Positions 1 through 10,059 are shown, counted from the stretch's first letter. The stretch: 32,000 nt of DNA from an uncultured Methanosarcinales archaeon (GCA_964577685.1 CAZNZT010000006.1:39320-71319); one strand, 5' to 3'. A program made the numbers and translations. Notes: generated from the sequence alone by a model not told the origin.

Positions 1-302
1 TTCCTGTTATCGAAATCTATTCTACTGCCACATTCTACTCAATGCTAAGCACAAAAAAGAAAGGAAAGAAAATAGTAAGGATATGTAATTCCCTCCCATG
101 TTATCTAAATGGTTCACTCAACATACTAGAAGAAGCAAAAAGACTGCTAGGCATAGACATTAATCAAACAACAAAAGATGGAAAATTTACCCTAGAAGTT
201 ACTTCATGTATAGGTTGTTGTGATAAAGGTCCTGCTATTATGATTAATGACAAACTAATCACAAACATAACAAAAGAGAAATTAAGAAAACTACTAAAAT
301 GA
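1..302 (+). CDS. NuoE/HoxE/HydC-like [2Fe-2S] thioredoxin-fold subunit, 5'-truncated by the window edge
   Basis: The frame is open from nt 3 (PVIEIYSTATFYSMLSTKKKGKKIVRICNSLPCYLNGS...TSCIGCCDKGPAIMIND). It carries the ATFYSM motif and the C-x4-C ... C-x3-C cysteine pattern of NuoE-type subunits. Its stop overlaps the next start (ATGA at 299-302). Confidence 0.8.
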   Translation, partial: PVIEIYSTATFYSMLSTKKKGKKIVRICNSLPCYLNGSLNILEEAKRLLGIDINQTTKDGKFTLEVTSCIGCCDKGPAIMINDKLITNITKEKLRKLLK

Positions 303-1405
303 AGACACTCCAAAAAACATACCTAAAAGCTTGGAAGAAAGCAAACAAACTAGGACCAGAAAAAACTATTAAGATTCTAAAGAAAAAAGGCCTCACAGGT
401 AGAGGGGGAGCAGATTTCCCAACATGGTTAAAATGGGAACTAACAAGAAAAACAAAGAGCAAAGAAAGGATAATAATCTGCAATGCAGATGAGGGTGAAC
501 CAGGAACATTCAAAGACAAGCTAATACTAGAAAAGAACCCTGAAAATGTGATTGAGGGGATACTAATAGCAGCCTACTGCATTGATTCAAAAGAAGCCTA
601 TATCTACTTAAGAGGGGAATATGCATATCTAAAGGACAAACTAAGAAAAACAATAAAAAAAATTCTCAAAGCTACAAAATCAGACCTTTACCTAGAAATA
701 ATAGAAGGGGCAGGAGCGTACATCTGTGGTGATGAAACAGCTATTATCTCGTCTATTGAAAATAAAAGAGGATATCCAAACTTTAAGCCACCTTACCCTT
801 CACAAAAAGGGCTTTATAACAAACCAACCCTAATAAACAATGTTGAAACATTAGCAAATGTTCCATTAGCACTCATCAACAAAGATTGGAATAACCACTC
901 AAGATTGTTCTCTATCTCTGGTGATGTGCTAAGACCAGGAGTCTATGAATTAAAGATTGGTACTAGGCTAGAGAAAATAGCTAAAAAGGTACAAGCAAAG
1001 AATCCTAAAGCGGTTTATTTTGGTGCCTCAGGGGGGTGTATTTATTATGAGCCAAACCTGATAATAGACCAGAAAAACCTATGTAAAAAAAATGTTATGT
1101 TAGGTACATGTTCTCTGATTTTTGTTAACAAAAAAAGAAACATCCTTGATATAGCAATAAACATAGCGCAATTCTTTACACACGAGTCCTGTGGCAAATG
1201 TACACCATGTAGAGAAGGGAACATCCATATCCTAAATTTATTAGAAAGAATAAAATCAAAAAAAGCAACTGAAAAAGATTTACAACTACTAGAAAAACTA
1301 TCTATTATTATTAAGGATACCTCGTTATGTGGCTTGGGACAAACCTGTACCAACCATATCCTAACAGCCATAAGGCACTTTAAAGAGGATTTCCAAGTAA
1401 AATAA
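299..1405 (+). CDS. NuoF/HydB-like FMN- and NAD(P)H-binding [4Fe-4S] flavoprotein subunit, minimal 368-aa form
   Basis: GRGGADFPT matches the GRGGAGFP FMN/NADH-site motif. ESCGKCTPCREG plus SLCGLGQ matches the N3-type 4Fe-4S motif. The start overlaps the upstream stop, and there are no N- or C-terminal ferredoxin extensions. Confidence 0.85.
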   Translation: MKTLQKTYLKAWKKANKLGPEKTIKILKKKGLTGRGGADFPTWLKWELTRKTKSKERIIICNADEGEPGTFKDKLILEKNPENVIEGILIAAYCIDSKEAYIYLRGEYAYLKDKLRKTIKKILKATKSDLYLEIIEGAGAYICGDETAIISSIENKRGYPNFKPPYPSQKGLYNKPTLINNVETLANVPLALINKDWNNHSRLFSISGDVLRPGVYELKIGTRLEKIAKKVQAKNPKAVYFGASGGCIYYEPNLIIDQKNLCKKNVMLGTCSLIFVNKKRNILDIAINIAQFFTHESCGKCTPCREGNIHILNLLERIKSKKATEKDLQLLEKLSIIIKDTSLCGLGQTCTNHILTAIRHFKEDFQVK

Positions 1406-1407
1406 AA

Positions 1408-3114
1408 ATGATAAAACTAAGGATAAACGGAAAAGAAGTTGAAGCGGAAGAAGGAGAGTACATTATTGATGTTGCTAAAAGGAATGGAATAGACATACCC
1501 CACTTCTGCTATAATGAAAGACTAGAAAGAATAGGTGCTTGTAGACTATGTGTTGTAGAGGTGAAGGGTATGCCTAGGCTACAAGCATCATGTTCTACCC
1601 AAGTTAAAGAGCATATGGAAATCTACACGCATACCCCAAGGGTCCTTGAAGCAAGAAGGGTAAATATGCAACTTTTGCTAGCTAACCATGATTTATATTG
1701 TACATTGTGTAAGGAAAACTTATTGTGTAAACTACAAAGGTATGCCTCTGAGTTAATGATTGAAGACACTCCATTTGAAATCCTACACAGGTATGATGAA
1801 ATAGATAATTCAAGTGTCTCGATACGAAGGGATAACAATAAATGTATATTATGTGAGCAGTGTGTTAGAATCTGTAATGATGTCCAGACCGTCTATGCTA
1901 TTGGGTTAGTAAATAGAGGAATCAATACAAGAGTAAAACCAAGTTTTGAACACACAATGAAAGAAAGTGCTTGTATTAACTGTGGACAATGTGTAGTTGC
2001 ATGCCCAACCGGTGCTCTAACTGAGAAAAGTGACATACAAGGGGTTATTGATGCTTTAAATTCTAATAAGTATCTCATTGCCCAAACCGCTCCCTCAATA
2101 AGAGCAACATTAGGGGAGTGTTTTGGCATACCAGCAGGTACACCTGTAACAGGAAAAATGGTTTCTGCATTAAAACAAATTGGCTTTGATAAGGTATTTG
2201 ACACGAATTTTGGAGCAGACATATGCATAATAGAAGAAGCAACTGAATTTATAAAAAGGATTAAGCAAAAAGGCACATTACCTATGATTACAACATGCTG
2301 CCCAGCATGGATAAAATTTGGTGAACAATTTTACTATGAAGAATTAAACAAAAATATGTCAACATGCAGAAGTCCCCAGGCTATATTGGCTTCTTTAGTA
2401 AAAACATACTATGCAAAAAAAATCAATAAGAATCCAGAAGACATTATTCTTGTAGATATCATGCCTTGCACAGCAAAAAAATATGAAATTTTAAGACCAG
2501 AATTCAAAGGTGAAGCAGATTTTGTATTAACGACTGTTGAACTTGCCAAGCTATTGAAACAGCTCAATGTTGATTTTGTGAATCTGCCCCACACTGAATT
2601 TGATGATCCCCTTGGGTTTAGTACAGGGGCAGGAGACATTTTTGGGCATACAGGAGGGGTTATGGAAGCTGCTCTGAGAACAGTAGCTGATTGGCTTAGT
2701 GGAGAAGACCTTAAAGAGATTGACTATAAAGAGATAAGGGGGATGGAGGAAGTTAAAGAAGCAGAAATTGATATCGCTGGAATGAGCATAAGAATATGTG
2801 TAGTGCATACAATGGGAGCAGCACGAAAATTGCTAGAACAAATAAAAGCTGGAAAAAGCCCATATCACTTTATAGAAATAATGGCATGCTATGGTGGCTG
2901 TATTGGAGGAGGTGGCCAACCACCACCACACAACAAAGAAAGGCTGGCAAAGAGAATAAAGGCCTTAATAAATGTTGATGAAAGAAAAAAAATAAGAAAA
3001 TCCCATAAGAATCCAGCTGCCCTAAAGATATATGCAGAATATCTCGGAGAACCGGGTTCAAAAAAGGCACACAGGTTATTACACACAACCTATTCTAAAA
3101 AGAGTTATGTCTAA
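1408..3114 (+). CDS. hydA: [FeFe]-hydrogenase catalytic subunit, M3-type (N-terminal 2Fe-2S, His-ligated 4Fe-4S, 2x 4Fe-4S, then the H-domain)
   Basis: All three H-cluster motifs are present: TTCCPAW (L1), MPCTAKKYE (L2) and EIMACYGGCIGGGGQP (L3). The N-terminus has CYNERLERIGACRLCVV, HDLYCTLCKENLLC, CILCEQCVRIC and CINCGQCVVACP. The start lies 3 nt after the upstream stop. Confidence 0.92.
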   Translation: MIKLRINGKEVEAEEGEYIIDVAKRNGIDIPHFCYNERLERIGACRLCVVEVKGMPRLQASCSTQVKEHMEIYTHTPRVLEARRVNMQLLLANHDLYCTLCKENLLCKLQRYASELMIEDTPFEILHRYDEIDNSSVSIRRDNNKCILCEQCVRICNDVQTVYAIGLVNRGINTRVKPSFEHTMKESACINCGQCVVACPTGALTEKSDIQGVIDALNSNKYLIAQTAPSIRATLGECFGIPAGTPVTGKMVSALKQIGFDKVFDTNFGADICIIEEATEFIKRIKQKGTLPMITTCCPAWIKFGEQFYYEELNKNMSTCRSPQAILASLVKTYYAKKINKNPEDIILVDIMPCTAKKYEILRPEFKGEADFVLTTVELAKLLKQLNVDFVNLPHTEFDDPLGFSTGAGDIFGHTGGVMEAALRTVADWLSGEDLKEIDYKEIRGMEEVKEAEIDIAGMSIRICVVHTMGAARKLLEQIKAGKSPYHFIEIMACYGGCIGGGGQPPPHNKERLAKRIKALINVDERKKIRKSHKNPAALKIYAEYLGEPGSKKAHRLLHTTYSKKSYV

Positions 3115-3191
3115 TAGAAAGATATTTAAATTGCTACTTCAAAAGAAAAGAAATAAAAAGGAGGAATAAAAATAAACTTAATGAAGCAAAA

Positions 3192-4199
3192 ATGATAAGA
3201 GTAGCAATTAATGGTTTTGGAAGAATAGGAAGGCTTGTGCTAAAGGCAGGAATAAACGATAAAAAGATAAAATTTGTAGCAATAAATGACTTAACAGACC
3301 CTGGCACATTAGCACACTTGCTCAGATGGGACTCAGTCCATGGAAAATTTCCGGGCACGATAAAAGCAAAAAAGGATTCAATCATAGTAAATGGACAGGA
3401 GATAAAAATAACAGCAGAAAAAAATCCTGAAAAATTGCCTTGGAAAAAATTAAAAGTAGATATTGTAATAGAATGCACAGGAAAATTCAGAAAATATGAT
3501 GATTGCGTACTACATCTAAAAGCAGGAGCTAGGAAAGTACTGCTTTCAGCTCCACCAAAAGGCGATAAGCCAATAAAACAGATTGTTATGGGTGTAAACC
3601 ATGAGACATATGAAGGAGAAGACATTGTATCAAATGCTTCCTGCACTACAAACTGCTTTGCACCGATGGCAAAAATAATAAATGATAATTACGGGATAAT
3701 TGATGGGGTGATGACAACAATCCATAGCTATACCAACGACCAAAGAATTCTTGATGGGCCACACAAAGACCTCAGAAGAGCAAGGGCAGCAGCCCTAAAC
3801 ATTGTCCCAACCTCTACAGGAGCAGCAAAAGCAATAGGAGAGGTAATACCTGAACTAAAGGGAAAAGTTATAGGGTCAGCAATAAGGGTACCAACACCAG
3901 ATGGTTCACTATGTCATTTTGTAGCAGAGCTAAAAGGAAAAATAGACAAGGACATAACAGAAGAAGCAAATGCTTTATTCAAAAAAATGGCTAGAACAAA
4001 ATACAAGGGAATTATTGAATATTCAAATGAAGCATTAGTATCAACAGATGTTATTGGTAATCCGCACTCATGCCTCTTTGACTCCCAACTAACAACCTCT
4101 GTAGGAGATAACCTTATTGTGGTTGGTTGGTATGACAATGAGTGGGGCTACTCCAACAGAATGATAGATGTAATAAGGCTAATGGCAAAGTATATTTAA
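3192..4199 (+). CDS. gap: Glyceraldehyde-3-phosphate dehydrogenase, class I (bacterial/eukaryotic type)
   Basis: The N-terminus is INGFGRIGR, the active site is SNASCTTNC, and WYDNEWGYS lies near the C-terminus. Confidence 0.93.
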   Translation: MIRVAINGFGRIGRLVLKAGINDKKIKFVAINDLTDPGTLAHLLRWDSVHGKFPGTIKAKKDSIIVNGQEIKITAEKNPEKLPWKKLKVDIVIECTGKFRKYDDCVLHLKAGARKVLLSAPPKGDKPIKQIVMGVNHETYEGEDIVSNASCTTNCFAPMAKIINDNYGIIDGVMTTIHSYTNDQRILDGPHKDLRRARAAALNIVPTSTGAAKAIGEVIPELKGKVIGSAIRVPTPDGSLCHFVAELKGKIDKDITEEANALFKKMARTKYKGIIEYSNEALVSTDVIGNPHSCLFDSQLTTSVGDNLIVVGWYDNEWGYSNRMIDVIRLMAKYI

Positions 4200-4226
4200 C
4201 TTTTATGAAAATATTCAGGTGAAAAA

Positions 4227-6215
4227 ATGATTGAGTACATAGTACTAATAATAAGCCTATTATCAATCCTGTTTGCTATCCAAAAGGCTAGAAGTATAAT
4301 CAAAAAAAGTCCTGGAACAAAAAAAATGGAGGAGTTTTCTGAAACCATACATAAAGGGGCAATGACTTTCCTAGAAAAAAAATACTTCATACTAAGTATA
4401 TTTGTAATTATTGTTTCTGTAATCTTATATTATTTTATAAACAAAATTATAATGATAGCATTCATAATAGGAGCATTCTTTTCAGCATTAGCAGGAAACA
4501 TAGGCATGAGGATAGCAACAAAAGCAAATACAAGAACAACAGAAGCCTCAAAGAAGTCAATAAACGATGGTTTAATGGTTGCATTTTCATCAGGAGCAGT
4601 AATGGGACTAAGTGTTGTCGGTCTAGGCCTTCTTGGAATAACCCTCCTTTACATGGTGTTCAAAGACCCAGAAGTGATTTATGGTTTTGGTTTTGGTGCT
4701 TCATCAATAGCACTATTTGCAAGAGTAGGTGGTGGAATCTACACAAAAGCAGCAGATGTTGGTGCAGACCTTGTAGGAAAAGTAGAAGAAGGGATACCGG
4801 AAGATGATCCAAGAAACCCCGCGGTAATAGCAGACAATGTAGGGGATAATGTTGGTGATGTTGCAGGAATGGGTGCTGATTTATTTGAAAGCTATGTTGA
4901 TTCAATAATATCAACAATGGTTATAGGAACAACAATGATAGCTGCTACAAGAATAGTAGATGGATATATATTATTGCCGTTGATGATAGCAGCCGTAGGG
5001 ATTATCTCATCAATCATAGGAACAAAATTTGTTAAAGCAAAGAAAGGAAACACCCAACATGCACTAGACAAAGGCATATGGTCTGCTTCAGTCATAGCAG
5101 CAATCTTATCATTTATAGTCATAAAGCTTGTAATTCCAGGTCAACTTGGATTTAATATCTTCTACTCAATGTTATCAGGCCTATTAATAGGAATAATAAT
5201 CGGCATCTCAACAGAATACTATACATCAAATACAAAAAATCCAACAAGAAAAGTTGCAGAAGCATCAAAAACTGGGGCAGGAACAAATCTGATAGAAGGG
5301 TTGTCAGTGGGAATGATATCAACAACAATACCAATAATAGCAATATGCAGTTCTGTATTAATATCATACTATCTATCAGGCCTTTATGGGATTGCAATAT
5401 CAGCTGTAGGCATGCTTTCAACATTGGGAATAACACTTGCTACTGACTGTTATGGTCCAGTAGCAGATAATGCAGCTGGAATCGCAGAGATGGCAAAACT
5501 CGGAAAGAAGACAAGAAAGAGGTGTGAAAGCCTAGATGCTGTAGGAAACACAACAGCAGCTATAGGTAAAGGCTTTGCAATAGGTTCAGCAGGACTAACA
5601 GCCCTAGCACTCTTTGTTAGCTTTACACAGGTCGCATCAGAGCTAACAGGAAAAACAATTATCATTGATATAACAACACCAAAGGTAATTGTTGGGCTAC
5701 TCATCGGAGGCCTTCTACCATTTATCTTTTCTGCATTCACCCTAAGAGCTGTTGCAAGAGCAGCAGAAAAGGTAGTAATAGAAGTAAGAAGGCAATTCAA
5801 AAGCAGAAAAGGCCTAATAGAAGGAAAAGAAAAACCAGATTACAAAAGATGCATCTCAATAGTAACAGGAGCAGCGATAAAAAAGATGCTCTTACCCAGT
5901 ATCATCACAATAGCTACCCCTATCCTAGTGGGCTTAATAATAGGAATAGAGGCTCTAGGAGGGCTAATAGCTGGAGTAACAATAACAGGGCTTATACTTG
6001 CAATATCCATGGCAAATTCTGGTGCAACATGGGATAATGCAAAGAAATATATTGAAGAAGGAAAATTCGGAGGAAAGGGAAGCCCAGCACACAAGGCATC
6101 TGTCATTGGTGACACCCTTGGGGACCCAATAAAAGATACCACAGGTCCCTCACTAAATATTCTAATAAAGCTGGTAAGCATAGTTGCGCTTGTTTTCTTA
6201 CCATTGTTCCTATAA
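4227..6215 (+). CDS. hppA: Membrane-integral ion-translocating pyrophosphatase, K+-dependent-type signature
   Basis: A 662-aa polytopic protein with the motifs GGGIYTKAADVGADLVGK, DNVGDNVGD and DAVGNTTAAIGKGFAIGSA. The Ala in GNTTAA is the position associated with K+-dependent enzymes. An AGGTGA Shine-Dalgarno-like site precedes the ATG. Confidence 0.92.
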   Translation: MIEYIVLIISLLSILFAIQKARSIIKKSPGTKKMEEFSETIHKGAMTFLEKKYFILSIFVIIVSVILYYFINKIIMIAFIIGAFFSALAGNIGMRIATKANTRTTEASKKSINDGLMVAFSSGAVMGLSVVGLGLLGITLLYMVFKDPEVIYGFGFGASSIALFARVGGGIYTKAADVGADLVGKVEEGIPEDDPRNPAVIADNVGDNVGDVAGMGADLFESYVDSIISTMVIGTTMIAATRIVDGYILLPLMIAAVGIISSIIGTKFVKAKKGNTQHALDKGIWSASVIAAILSFIVIKLVIPGQLGFNIFYSMLSGLLIGIIIGISTEYYTSNTKNPTRKVAEASKTGAGTNLIEGLSVGMISTTIPIIAICSSVLISYYLSGLYGIAISAVGMLSTLGITLATDCYGPVADNAAGIAEMAKLGKKTRKRCESLDAVGNTTAAIGKGFAIGSAGLTALALFVSFTQVASELTGKTIIIDITTPKVIVGLLIGGLLPFIFSAFTLRAVARAAEKVVIEVRRQFKSRKGLIEGKEKPDYKRCISIVTGAAIKKMLLPSIITIATPILVGLIIGIEALGGLIAGVTITGLILAISMANSGATWDNAKKYIEEGKFGGKGSPAHKASVIGDTLGDPIKDTTGPSLNILIKLVSIVALVFLPLFL

Positions 6216-6257
6216 GATATCAAAAAAAATATAAAAACCTAGAAGCTACACTCAAGT

Positions 6258-7415
6258 ATGGTCAAGGTATCTGTACTCAAATGCAGCTCATATGATACAA
6301 ATGAGCTCTATAAAACAATAAAGCAGTCACTAAAAAATATTAATTTTACCATTCCAAAAAACAAGAAGATTCTTATAAAACCAAATGTACTCGGACAGAA
6401 AAAACCAAACACATCAATAAATACACATCCCGCAGTAATAGATGCCCTATGTCAGATTCTAAAAGAGAAAAACAATGAAATCTGGATAGGAGACTCAAGC
6501 GGCATAGCATCATATGGGGGAACAAAAAAAGCATTTAGAATTTCAGGGATTGAAGAAGTAGCAAAAAAACACAATTGCAGGTTAATATCCTTTGAGGGTT
6601 CACAAAGAAAAAAAATCATAGACAATAATGCAAAGATAATAAAGAAGTTTGTTCTTGCAAAAGAGCCCTTTCTAGCAGACCTAATAATTAATGTTCCAAA
6701 ACTGAAAACCCATGTTCTAATGAGATTCACTGGAGCAGTGAAAAACATGTTTGGTTGTGTCCCAGGGGGTGGAAAATCAAGAAAGCATGCTATAGCTCCA
6801 AACGAAGACAAATTTGCAAATCTTCTACTGGATATATACCAGAACATAAAACCACAGCTAAATATAATGGATGCAATAATGGGTCTTGAAGGTAATGGGC
6901 CTGGCTCAGGAGGGAATCCCAAGAAGGTAGGACTGATAATAACATCAAAAGATGCGGTTGCCTTAGATATAGTTGCCTCAAAGATTATAGGTTATGACCC
7001 ATTAGAAATAAAAACAACAAAATATGCCATAGAAAGAGGAATCTTCTCCGAAAAAGTAGAAGTAATAGGTGAAAAAAATTACAGAGTAAGATTCAAAAAA
7101 CCAATAAGAAAAAGTAAATTTGCAAGAGCTATGCCAAAAACAATTATAAAACTCATGTTCACGATTACTTCAATAAAGCCATATATAAAAAAGCAAAGAT
7201 GTAAGAAATGTAAGATATGCTATAACGTCTGTCCAACTAAAGCGATAACCCTAGACCCCTATCCAAAATTCAATAGAAAAAAATGTATATTATGTTATTG
7301 CTGTCATGAAAATTGTCCTTACAAAGCAATAGAATTAAAAAAGAACCCAATAATAGAAATATATGAAAGAATTAAGAACGCCATGTGGAGAATAAACAAT
7401 AAAAAGGAAGATTAG
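6258..7415 (+). CDS. DUF362-domain protein with a C-terminal 2x[4Fe-4S] ferredoxin domain
   Basis: IKPN...HP..., LKTH and GLEGNGPG motifs are remembered from DUF362. The C-terminus has CKKCKICYNVCP and CILCYCCHENCP ferredoxin motifs. Confidence 0.7.
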   Translation: MVKVSVLKCSSYDTNELYKTIKQSLKNINFTIPKNKKILIKPNVLGQKKPNTSINTHPAVIDALCQILKEKNNEIWIGDSSGIASYGGTKKAFRISGIEEVAKKHNCRLISFEGSQRKKIIDNNAKIIKKFVLAKEPFLADLIINVPKLKTHVLMRFTGAVKNMFGCVPGGGKSRKHAIAPNEDKFANLLLDIYQNIKPQLNIMDAIMGLEGNGPGSGGNPKKVGLIITSKDAVALDIVASKIIGYDPLEIKTTKYAIERGIFSEKVEVIGEKNYRVRFKKPIRKSKFARAMPKTIIKLMFTITSIKPYIKKQRCKKCKICYNVCPTKAITLDPYPKFNRKKCILCYCCHENCPYKAIELKKNPIIEIYERIKNAMWRINNKKED

Positions 7416-7540
7416 TTCAAATATAAACAAAATAAAACAAAAAATATTAAAAATATTGAATAAATCCAAATACAACAAACAAATGAATAAATAATCACAA
7501 AAAACAGCCAGAATTACTAAAAACGCTAAGGGGTGGTTAA

Positions 7541-8746
7541 ATGAAAAAAATAGATGAAATAGAACTTAAAGGAAAAGAGGTTTTGATAAGACTGGACCTA
7601 AATGTTTCATCACGGAATCCAGAAGAAATAGCAGAAGAAGACAGACTAAAAGCAGCCCTGCCTACAATAACATATGTAAGAGAAAAAGGCGGAAAAGCCA
7701 TATTAATGTCACACTTAGGAAGACCAAAGGGGAAGGTAGTCCAAAATGATAGTTTAAGATGTGTGGCTAAAGCATTAGAAACAAAACTTGGCACTTCTGT
7801 CAGATTTATTGATGACTGTATAGGGGAAATGCCAAGAAGTGCTATATCAGAAATGCAACCAGGCGATATAGTTTTATTAGAAAATCTAAGATTCTATCCT
7901 GGAGAAGAAAATAATGATCCAGAATTTGTAAAGGAACTTGCTAAGCTAGGGGAGGTCTATATAAATGATGCGTTTGGAACAGCCCACAGAGCACATGCAT
8001 CAACATATGGTCTCCCATTACTATTCCACCAAGAAGGAAAACCAGTAGCTGCTGGCTTTCTTATGCAAAGGGAGATAGAACTATGGTCTAGAGTTCTACA
8101 AAGCAGAGGACCAAAATACCTATGCCTAGGTGGAAAAAAATTAAAAGAAAAAATAAAAGCTCTTGAAAAACTAAGCAGGGAGTTTGATAAAGTCTATATT
8201 GGAGGTCCTGTCTATAATGTAGTGAGAGCTGCACAAAACAGAAGTGTTGGAAAATCCCTAATAAAAGAGAAAAATGATGACACAGATTATGTAGCAAAAA
8301 CAAGAGAGTTTCTAGGGGCACTTAGTAACTTGGTTTTGCCGGATGAGCTTGTAACAGCAAGACCAGAAAGAGAAGTAAAAGATGGAAAAGAAACAACAAT
8401 CTACACAGAACCAAGAACAATAAAAGAAGATGATGAAATGCCAGAGGGCTATATGATTGTTGATTGCATCTATGGAGAAGAAAAACTTGAAGAACTTACC
8501 AAAGCAAATGTGGTTGTTGGCTTTGGTCCATTCGGGATATTTGAAGACGAAAGGTTCGCAAAAGGAACAAGAAAAATAGGGCAGGCTCTCAACAATGTAA
8601 ATACGGTAGTATTAGGTGGGGGAGATTCAGCAAAGGCATATGCAGGAACAAAGGCTGAACTCTCAACAGGCGGAGGAGCTTCAATAACATATCTAAGCAA
8701 GAAGAGACTAGACGCCATAGATGCCCTTGAAGGAATCAAGCGATAG
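7541..8746 (+). CDS. pgk: Phosphoglycerate kinase
   Basis: Motifs are RLDLNV, SHLGRPKG, NLRF.PGEE, NDAFGTAHRAHAS and GGGDS. An AAGGGGTGG SD-like site lies about 5-14 nt upstream. Confidence 0.9.
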   Translation: MKKIDEIELKGKEVLIRLDLNVSSRNPEEIAEEDRLKAALPTITYVREKGGKAILMSHLGRPKGKVVQNDSLRCVAKALETKLGTSVRFIDDCIGEMPRSAISEMQPGDIVLLENLRFYPGEENNDPEFVKELAKLGEVYINDAFGTAHRAHASTYGLPLLFHQEGKPVAAGFLMQREIELWSRVLQSRGPKYLCLGGKKLKEKIKALEKLSREFDKVYIGGPVYNVVRAAQNRSVGKSLIKEKNDDTDYVAKTREFLGALSNLVLPDELVTARPEREVKDGKETTIYTEPRTIKEDDEMPEGYMIVDCIYGEEKLEELTKANVVVGFGPFGIFEDERFAKGTRKIGQALNNVNTVVLGGGDSAKAYAGTKAELSTGGGASITYLSKKRLDAIDALEGIKR

Positions 8747-10004
8747 AAATAGAAATTTTAGTATCAAAGAAGGAACTAATCTTTTCCTCTAATTCATTTT
8801 TAATTTTATTAATATCTAACTTCTCAATAGCCTTCTTTTTGTCTTCAACAAGATTCATTGTCTTCTCTAAGTTATCTTTAACGCTCTCCAATTCATAGTT
8901 AAGCCTTTGCTCTTCCTTAAAAGTATTGTTATTCTCAATCTCTCTTTTTAACCTCTCCAATTCCTTCTTTAAGCCCAACATATTATTACGAAAGCTCTTA
9001 AAAAAATCCACCCCCATATTACTAAGAGCAATAAGAACCTTCTCTCTTTTTTTATCCTTTAGGTCAAGAGTGTAATTGTTTATATTATTCTCCAACTTTT
9101 TCAAAATTTCTATTATCTTAAGGCCATCATCCTTCTCCAAAGCCCTAACAGGATTTTCTATGTAACCAGCTAATATTTCTGCATTCTCCAGAACCACTCT
9201 TTCCATCTTTCTTAAAGGCTTATTAATAATAGAAAATGCATTTACCAATCTTATTTCGTTCTCTTTTATTTTTGATAAAACTCTCTCCTCTTCCAATCTA
9301 AGTTGATTTAGTTTCTTGTATTCTTCACTTTTTCTTAGATTACCAATCTCTGACTCAATCTTTGATTTAGTCTTTTCTAGCTTGCTTAGTAATATCATTT
9401 TCTCCCCTAAAGCAGCCTTGTCTTTTTCTTTCCTCTCTACCTTATAACAAAGATCTCTTATACTAGCCATTATCTCGTCAATTTCAGACAACCTTGCTTC
9501 CTCTAGTGTTGTCTGTAATTTCTTTATGAGGGATTCAATACCTTTAATATTAAGAGCAATATTCCTGCTTTCATTCGCAAAAAAGTCTTGTAATATGGCA
9601 TAAGGCCTTACTGTGCCCTTACCAAATCTTTCAATTCTTAAAGAAAAATTATTACAAAACTCCATCATCTTATTATAATCTACATCTAACACTATCTCTC
9701 GTAAAAATCTATTTACGCCGAGAATATACGCCTTCCTATTACCCTCCATAAGTTGTCTTTCTTTTACGCTAATATTAGGGTTCCGCAATTTAGCTGTTGC
9801 CAATACAGCCAGATTATCTTTTGTCCTGGTTATTTCCTGCCTAATAGAAGCCTTTATCTCATCAATCTTTACATTCAAATCCGAGATAATAGAATCAGAC
9901 TTTTTTTTAAACCAATCCTCAAGCTCGTTAAGATGTATAGTCTCAACTTGTTCATTCTCTTCTTTAGAATTACCAAAAAATATTTTCTTTAAAATGCTCA
10001 ACAT
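8736..10004 (-). CDS. Hypothetical long coiled-coil protein (422 aa), no family recognised
   Basis: A long ORF with heptad-like K/E/L-rich sequence throughout and an amphipathic N-terminus (LSILKKIFFG). It is convergent with pgk, overlapping it by 11 nt. Confidence 0.6.
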   Translation of the reverse strand: MLSILKKIFFGNSKEENEQVETIHLNELEDWFKKKSDSIISDLNVKIDEIKASIRQEITRTKDNLAVLATAKLRNPNISVKERQLMEGNRKAYILGVNRFLREIVLDVDYNKMMEFCNNFSLRIERFGKGTVRPYAILQDFFANESRNIALNIKGIESLIKKLQTTLEEARLSEIDEIMASIRDLCYKVERKEKDKAALGEKMILLSKLEKTKSKIESEIGNLRKSEEYKKLNQLRLEEERVLSKIKENEIRLVNAFSIINKPLRKMERVVLENAEILAGYIENPVRALEKDDGLKIIEILKKLENNINNYTLDLKDKKREKVLIALSNMGVDFFKSFRNNMLGLKKELERLKREIENNNTFKEEQRLNYELESVKDNLEKTMNLVEDKKKAIEKLDINKIKNELEEKISSFFDTKISISIA

Positions 10005-10059
10005 AACAAAAAAAGAATAAAATAGGATTTAAAAAGTTATTCATTATTCACTATTGAAG

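Noticed and set aside
3157-3195. A GGAGG site followed by a 4-codon mini-ORF (ATG AAG CAA AAA TGA) whose stop overlaps the gap start codon.
   Set aside because: It is too short to support as a gene or leader peptide from sequence alone, and such mini-ORFs are frequent by chance in A-rich leaders.
259-6223. Many antisense or overlapping track ORFs inside the hydrogenase, gap and hppA genes (for example 259-519, 1045-1371, 1893-2276, 3134-3646, 5450-5800, 5840-6223).
   Set aside because: Each lies fully within a strongly motif-supported gene on the other strand or in another frame. Their translations are low-complexity (L/F/S/I-rich) shadows typical of AT-rich DNA.
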